From: Acidobacteriota bacterium
Lineage (GTDB): Bacteria > Acidobacteriota > Vicinamibacteria > Vicinamibacterales > UBA2999
Assembly (NCBI GenBank): GCA_016190945.1
Contig: JACPPO010000097.1
Location: 258 to 64,257, forward strand
Length of the DNA: 64,000 nucleotides
Direction of reading: 5' to 3'
The notes below the pieces were generated by a model that was not told the origin of the DNA, did not search any database, and worked only from the letters and a program-made list of their open reading frames with translations. The translations under genes and the position numbers were made by a program. Shown in pieces: positions 58,638 to 64,000 of this stretch; the stretch's first letter is position 1, and the number at the start of each line of letters is the position of its first letter.

Positions 58638-60499
58638 TGGGAGGCCTGGCGTTTCTCTCCCCGCTGTTTCTGGTCGGCGCCGCCGCTGCCGCCATTCCCA
58701 TAGCGGTTCACCTGTTTTATCGCCGGGCCGAGCCGCTCGTCGACTTTGCGGCGATGCGCTATCTGCGGAGTGCGCCGGTCGAGCAAGCGCGGCGGCGCCG
58801 GCTCAGGGAAGTCGTCCTGCTCGCCCTGCGCGTGACCGCGCTCGTCCTTCTTGCGTGCGCGTTTGCCCGGCCCTACCTGTCCGACTCCGTTGCGGCGCTC
58901 AATGGCGACGCGACGATGGTCCTGATCGATACCTCCGCGAGTGTGTCGGCGCCCGGCCGGTTCGCCGCGGCGCGCGAGGGAGCCGACCGCGCGATTCGCG
59001 CGGCGCCGGGAACGCACGCAGTCGGCGTCATGGCGTTTGCGCACGCGGCGGAGGTGATTGCGCCACTGTCCCAGGATCGTGCGGGGGCCCTCGCCGCGTC
59101 CGCACAGCTGGAGGCTGGCGGCGGCGCCACACGCTACCTGGCCGCGCTGCAGCGCGCGGCTGAAACGTTCAACGGCCGCTCGGGACGCATCGTGGTCATC
59201 ACCGACCTGCAGCAGAGCGGTTGGGACGCCGCCAGCGAGGGTGGCATTCCCGGCACCATCGCCGTGGAGCTCGAGGACATCGGCGGACCATCCACCAACC
59301 TCGCGATCACATCGCTTCGCACGGAGGGGACCGAAGCCGTCGCCGTCGTCCACAATTTTTCGTCGCGCCCGGCGACCGAGCAGGTGGTCTTCGCGGTCGA
59401 CGATCGTCGGATTGGGGCCGTCCCTCTGGTGTTGGCGCCGGAAGGCAGCGCGGAGGCGCGCGCGCCGGTCGATGGATATCGGTCGGGCGCTCTCTCGGCG
59501 TCGATTACCGATCGCGAAGGCTATCTGGCCGATAACGTCCGTTACGCGGTGCTGGATGCTGCCAACGCTACCTCGGTCCTCGCGGTGACAGCAACGGGAC
59601 ATCCCTCCGAGGCGTTGTACCTCGAACGGGCGCTGGCTATCGCTGACGGCACGGGGGGCTTCCGGTTTCGGGCGCTGAGTGGCGCGGCTTTCTCGGAACT
59701 CGACGGCGACGGCCTTGGTGACGTCAATGTGATGGTGATCGCCAGCACGAGCGGCGTCGGACAGCGCGGCCGCGAGCGGCTCGCGCAGTTTGTACGCTCG
59801 GGAGGCGGACTCCTCCTGACGGCAGGACCTGACGTCGAGCCGACGCTCCTGAGACAGGCGCTCGACGGCATCGTGGCGGCCTCGTGGGCCGCGCGGCCGG
59901 CACAGGCGCTGAGCTTTGCCCCTGATGACAGTCGTCACCCGGTGTTTCGTTTGTTTGGCGGCGGCGGAACGCTGGGGAATGTTAGCTTCGCGCGCGCGGC
60001 GCTGATCGACGCGCCAGCATACGCCCATGTCATCGCGCGGTACTCCGATGGAAGTCCCGCGCTGGTCGAGGAACGAACCACCGGCGGCCGCGTGTTGCTG
60101 TTCGGCTCTGACCTGAACTACCGCTGGAATGATTTCCCGCTGCAGCCCGCGTTCGTGCCCTTCGTCCACGAAACACTGCGATATCTCGCGGCGCCTCGCG
60201 CCACGCGATCGGATTACCTGGTCGGCGATCTCCAGGTGGCCGCCGGGTCGATGCCAGGCGTCGTGGAACTGCAAGGCCGCCGTGTGGCCGTGAACATCGA
60301 CCCTCGCGAGTCAAATCCCGCCCGCATGTCGGCGGAAACGTTCCAGGCGGGCATTTCGTGGCTCAATACGACTGCGGCCCAGCAGGCTCGTTCCGGTGCC
60401 CGGCAGGAGGAGGACAGCCAGGGACTGTGGTGGTACGGATTACTGCTCACGGTGGTCAGCCTGGCCGCCGAAGGTGTCCTGGGGCGGAGGCTTGGATGA
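58637..60499 (+). CDS. BatA-type N-terminal double-TM domain + VWA-like domain protein
   Basis: N-terminus FLSPLFLVGAAAAAIPIAVHLFYRR (Bat/aerotolerance N-terminal motif) and a VWA-like MIDAS DTSAS. GTG start overlaps the DUF58 stop. Confidence 0.8.
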   Translation: MGGLAFLSPLFLVGAAAAAIPIAVHLFYRRAEPLVDFAAMRYLRSAPVEQARRRRLREVVLLALRVTALVLLACAFARPYLSDSVAALNGDATMVLIDTSASVSAPGRFAAAREGADRAIRAAPGTHAVGVMAFAHAAEVIAPLSQDRAGALAASAQLEAGGGATRYLAALQRAAETFNGRSGRIVVITDLQQSGWDAASEGGIPGTIAVELEDIGGPSTNLAITSLRTEGTEAVAVVHNFSSRPATEQVVFAVDDRRIGAVPLVLAPEGSAEARAPVDGYRSGALSASITDREGYLADNVRYAVLDAANATSVLAVTATGHPSEALYLERALAIADGTGGFRFRALSGAAFSELDGDGLGDVNVMVIASTSGVGQRGRERLAQFVRSGGGLLLTAGPDVEPTLLRQALDGIVAASWAARPAQALSFAPDDSRHPVFRLFGGGGTLGNVSFARAALIDAPAYAHVIARYSDGSPALVEERTTGGRVLLFGSDLNYRWNDFPLQPAFVPFVHETLRYLAAPRATRSDYLVGDLQVAAGSMPGVVELQGRRVAVNIDPRESNPARMSAETFQAGISWLNTTAAQQARSGARQEEDSQGLWWYGLLLTVVSLAAEGVLGRRLG

Positions 60500-63400
60500 T
60501 GAGCGAACAGCGTGCCCAGCTGTCGGCGCTTCTTGGCCGAGTGAGGACCCGCTGGCGCCTGCTCGTCGCTCTGCGGGCCTGGGCGCACGCGGCCGCGGCC
60601 GCGTGCCTCGTGCTTGCGCTCGCACTGCTCGCTCACCGCCTGATCGTGCCCGAAGGAATCGCCCTGATTCTCCTCTGGAGCGTGGCGGGCGTAGGCGCGC
60701 TCACCTGTCTGGCCGCGGTCATCCCACCGATCCAGCGCGCGCCGCGCGATCTCCAGCTCGCCCGGTTCATCGAGGAACAGTGTCCCGATCTGGACGATGT
60801 GCTGGTCACGGCGGTGGGCGAAGAGGCCTCTGGTTCGGATCCGGTGGCCGTGGCTGTCGTAGACGAGGCGCTGCGGCGCGTGCGGGGGATCGACCGCTCT
60901 CGGATCGTGAGCGACGCCGCGCTGCGGCGGAGCGGACTCATGGCTGGGGCGGCGGTCAGTGCGCTGCTGATTCTGGCGGCGTTTTCCGCGGGCCCGGCCG
61001 GGCAGGCGGCGCGTCTGTTCGGCATCTACCTGTCTCCCGATCGGCTGGCGCTGAGTGTCTCGCCTGGCGACGTGAGGATTCGCGGAGGGGATTCTCTGCG
61101 CGTGGTCGCGAAGGTCTCCAGCATCGGTGCGTTGGTGCCTGTGATGAGCGTCAGCGAAGGCCCTGAATGGCGCCAGACGCCGATGGAGGCGGTCCCCGAG
61201 GGGTTTGCCGTCGCCTTTGAGAAGGTCGAGCGGGGCTTTCGCTATTCCGTCAGCGCGGCCGGAACGGCGACTCGTGAGTATACGGTGACCGTTGTCCGCC
61301 CGCCGCATGTCGAGCGGATCGATTTGCGGTACGAGTATCCACCGGCGTTCCGCATGCCGGCGCGGAAAGAGGAGGACGGAGGCGACATCTACGGTCCGGC
61401 CGGAACCCGTGTGCAGGTGACGGTCCACACCGACAGGCCGGTCGCTCGTGCGGCCCTGAACCTGACCGGCCGCCAGCCCCTTGCCCTCGAACTGCGAGAC
61501 ACCGTGCTCGAGGGGGAGCTCATCATTGCCGAGGATGGTTCGTACCGTGTGGCGCTGACCGATGCCGATGGGCTGAGCAACCCGGGCGACACCGAATACT
61601 TCATCCGCACGCTTCAGGATCGGCCTCCTGATGTACGGATCATCCGTCCCGCCAGCGACCGGCAGGTGACGCCCGTCGAGGAAGTGTCGATCGAAGCAAG
61701 CGTCGAGGATGATTTCGGCGTGGCGGCGCTCGACCTTGTTTACGCCATAGGCGCAGGCCCCGAGAAGGTCCTGCCATTTCAGCGAGACGGCCTCAGTACC
61801 GCGGTCTTGGGTCGCCGAACCGTCTACCTGGAAGACATGGCCGTGCGGCCAGGCGACGTCGTGGCGTACTACGCGCGTGCCCGCGACGTCAGTCAGGGCA
61901 AGCGATCGACCGAAGCGCGCAGCGACATGTTCTTCCTCGAGGTCACACCGTTCGAACAAGAGTTAGTCGCCTCGCAAAGCCAGGGAGCTGGCGGGGGCGG
62001 CGCTCTCGGCAATCTCGAAGACCTGGCTCAACGGCAGAAGGACATCGTGACCGCGACCTGGAACCTGGATCGGAGGGGCCGGGAAGCCGGCGGCCGATCG
62101 GATGAAGACATTCGTGCCGTCGATCGGGCGCAGCGTGACGTGCGCGCAGGGGCGTTGGCCGCGCTTGCCCAGTTACGGGGCGCGAGCGATCTCAGGCGCC
62201 GCCCGGTCGCCGGGCAAGTCGCCTCGGATGCGATGCTCGAGGCGACTGGCAGGGCCGCAGAGGCCATGGCGAGAGCGCACCTGCAGCTCCAGGCGTTGAA
62301 CACCAGCGACGCCCTCCCGCACGAAATGGCGGCCCTCAACGAGCTTCTGCGGGCGCAGGCCGAGGTCCGGCGGCGCGAGGTGCAGCAGCAGGCGAACGGC
62401 GCCGGCGGCCGCGTGGCGAACCGGCAGAAGCAGGACTTCTCGTCGCTGTTCGATCGCGAGTTGGCGCGCCAGCAGCAAACCAACTACGAGACGTCAGACC
62501 GCCCCGAGACGCGCCGGGAGTCGTCGGAGGATAGCGACGCCATCGAGAAGATTCGAGAGCTCACGCGACGCCAGGACGCGCTCAATCGCAGGCAGCAGGA
62601 GCTGGCGAAGAATCGGGCGAACATGCCGGCCGACCAGCTGCGCAGGGAGCTCGAACGCCTGACGCGCGAGCAAGGCGAGCTGCGCCGACAGGCAGAGGAA
62701 CTGGCACGGCAGCTTCAGCAGCGCGCGGAGGCACGGGGTCGGCAAGGCGGCGACAGTGGCAATCAGGCCACCCGGGAGCTCCAGCAGATCTCGGAGGACA
62801 TGCAGGGCGCGGCCAGCGAGCTGCGCCGGGAGAACCCCCAAGAAGCGAGCGCCCGCGGCAATCGCGCCGCCGAGCGGCTGCGCGATCTGGAGCGGCGGAT
62901 GCGAGGTGCGCAGCCCGACGATCGCCGCCGCGCGGTGGGTGAAATGCAGCTCGAATCGCGGCAGCTGGCCGACGCGCAGCGCCGGCTGACCGACGACCCG
63001 GCCGCAGCTAGCGGTGGCGACGATCGGGCGGACCGCTCGCGTCGCCTGGCGGCGGCGCAGGAGCGGCTGGCAGAACGCACCGAGCGGCTCGAACAAGGCG
63101 TGCGACAGCTCGCCAGGACGGCGCAGGACGCCGATCCGCGCGAACAGAGCGCGCTGCAGGACGCCGTGCGGGAAATCGGGGAACAGCGCCCGTCGCAGCG
63201 GATGCGCAGTGCGGCGCGGGCGGAGCAGCAGCAGCCGGGCGCCAAGCCCGAAGGCGAGAACATCGCCCGGGTGCTCGATCGGCTGGCCGATCGCTTGGGC
63301 GCTGCCGGCGGGTTGAGCGAGGACTCGGAGCGTCTGACGGAGAAGTTGGCACGTGTGCGCCAGCTTCGTGAGGACCTCACCGATCTCGACGAGCAGCTCT

Positions 63401-63837
63401 CAGAGCTGCGCGGACGCGCAGGCGATTCGACCGGCGCGGCGCGTGGTCGCAGCGGACAGCCGGGTAGCGGCGAGCAGGGGAGCGGCGTGCAGGAGGGTGA
63501 TGCTCGAGAGCCGTGGCAGACCGCCCGCGACCTCCTCAACGAGCTGCGAAATGAAAGCCGCCTCGAAAGCCTGGTGCCAGAGGCCAATGGCTTCGACCCG
63601 GGGCGGTCGGCACCCGGCACCGAAGCTTGGAAGCAGGACTTCGCACGATGGGACGAGTTGAAGCTCCAGGTCGGCGTCGCGCTCGAACGTGCTGAGCGCG
63701 ACACGGCCGATCAGCTGCGGGATCAGCAGTCGCGCGACCGTCTCAATGCAGGGGCGACGCAAACGGTGCCGGAGGCGTACCGCCGGCTCGTCGAGAAGTA
63801 CTACCGCGCGCTCGCTTCGGGATCGGACAAGAAGTGA
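60496..63837 (+). CDS. Large (1113 aa) membrane-anchored protein with highly charged coiled-coil C-terminal half (DUF4175-like)
   Basis: ATG 60496 overlaps the previous stop (ATGATGA). Two N-terminal TM helices, a beta-rich middle and ~450 aa of R/E/Q/A-rich coiled-coil-type sequence. The family call is tentative. Confidence 0.7.
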   Translation: MMSEQRAQLSALLGRVRTRWRLLVALRAWAHAAAAACLVLALALLAHRLIVPEGIALILLWSVAGVGALTCLAAVIPPIQRAPRDLQLARFIEEQCPDLDDVLVTAVGEEASGSDPVAVAVVDEALRRVRGIDRSRIVSDAALRRSGLMAGAAVSALLILAAFSAGPAGQAARLFGIYLSPDRLALSVSPGDVRIRGGDSLRVVAKVSSIGALVPVMSVSEGPEWRQTPMEAVPEGFAVAFEKVERGFRYSVSAAGTATREYTVTVVRPPHVERIDLRYEYPPAFRMPARKEEDGGDIYGPAGTRVQVTVHTDRPVARAALNLTGRQPLALELRDTVLEGELIIAEDGSYRVALTDADGLSNPGDTEYFIRTLQDRPPDVRIIRPASDRQVTPVEEVSIEASVEDDFGVAALDLVYAIGAGPEKVLPFQRDGLSTAVLGRRTVYLEDMAVRPGDVVAYYARARDVSQGKRSTEARSDMFFLEVTPFEQELVASQSQGAGGGGALGNLEDLAQRQKDIVTATWNLDRRGREAGGRSDEDIRAVDRAQRDVRAGALAALAQLRGASDLRRRPVAGQVASDAMLEATGRAAEAMARAHLQLQALNTSDALPHEMAALNELLRAQAEVRRREVQQQANGAGGRVANRQKQDFSSLFDRELARQQQTNYETSDRPETRRESSEDSDAIEKIRELTRRQDALNRRQQELAKNRANMPADQLRRELERLTREQGELRRQAEELARQLQQRAEARGRQGGDSGNQATRELQQISEDMQGAASELRRENPQEASARGNRAAERLRDLERRMRGAQPDDRRRAVGEMQLESRQLADAQRRLTDDPAAASGGDDRADRSRRLAAAQERLAERTERLEQGVRQLARTAQDADPREQSALQDAVREIGEQRPSQRMRSAARAEQQQPGAKPEGENIARVLDRLADRLGAAGGLSEDSERLTEKLARVRQLREDLTDLDEQLSELRGRAGDSTGAARGRSGQPGSGEQGSGVQEGDAREPWQTARDLLNELRNESRLESLVPEANGFDPGRSAPGTEAWKQDFARWDELKLQVGVALERAERDTADQLRDQQSRDRLNAGATQTVPEAYRRLVEKYYRALASGSDKK

Positions 63838-64000
63838 TGCAATTTGCCGTGGTGCTTCCCTGGTGGGCCCTCCTTTTCCTGGCGGCCGCCATTGGCGTCG
63901 TTGCCTGGGGGTGCTACACAGGGGCCATCGTGCCGCTGCCAGGGCGCCGCCGCGCCGCGCTTTCGACGCTGCGCGCGTTAACGCTCCTGCTCCTTGTCGC
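63837..64000 (+). CDS. Membrane protein, N-terminal fragment (continues past window); next member of the Bat-like cluster
   Basis: ATG 63837 overlaps the previous stop (TGATG). MQFAVVLPWWALLFLAAAIGVVAWG is a TM helix followed by RRR, and a second hydrophobic stretch begins before the window ends. Confidence 0.4.
   Translation, partial: MQFAVVLPWWALLFLAAAIGVVAWGCYTGAIVPLPGRRRAALSTLRALTLLLLV

Noticed and set aside
55241-61959. Series of long minus-strand ORFs (55241-56719, 58607-60274, 60214-61959) opposite the Bat-like cluster.
   Set aside because: All are antisense to plus-strand genes with clear MoxR, DUF58 and VWA motifs. Their products are R/G/P/A low complexity, consistent with a high-GC artefact.

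Overview
High-GC bacterial chromosomal segment (roughly two-thirds G+C by eye, not computed). It is most plausibly Acidobacteriota, judging from an acidobacterial-type VWFA-related secreted protein and the general gene content. About 55 protein genes are tightly packed, and most are housekeeping. They include hisS (partial), aspS, phoH-ybeY-corC-like, era, mgtE, recO, glyQS, ppdK, corA, mutL, rarA, greA, uvrB, mlaEFD, plsC, an OPT transporter, rex, moaC, a CDF transporter, lepB, a LytS/LytTR two-component pair, a stand-alone nuoI, a yitJ-like homocysteine methyltransferase/MTHFR fusion and lon. There is also a KAS-centred lipid-type cluster and a seven-gene Bat-like MoxR/DUF58/VWA cluster. I saw no rRNA, tRNA, CRISPR array, transposase or integrase. 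Many long ORFs in the track are antisense or out-of-frame high-GC artefacts. Several track ORFs have spurious N-terminal extensions, which I trimmed. The best non-coding finding is a compact ORF-less element resembling a class C group II intron (about 31645-31969). It sits directly behind an intrinsic terminator and overlaps the computed start of plsC. Just downstream, a visibly AT-richer 1.2-kb segment encodes a secreted alpha/beta-hydrolase and is bracketed by 44-bp inverted repeats (41/44 identical). Other points are an expanded copy of the same hairpin inside the mla operon, families of heptanucleotide short tandem repeats in intergenic and some coding regions, a KAS gene flanked by two ICMT-like membrane methyltransferases with a back-to-back leaderless-type promoter, a patatin-like protein lacking the nucleophile serine, and the translationally coupled Bat-like cluster of unknown function. 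All family assignments come from motif recognition by eye. No searches were run.
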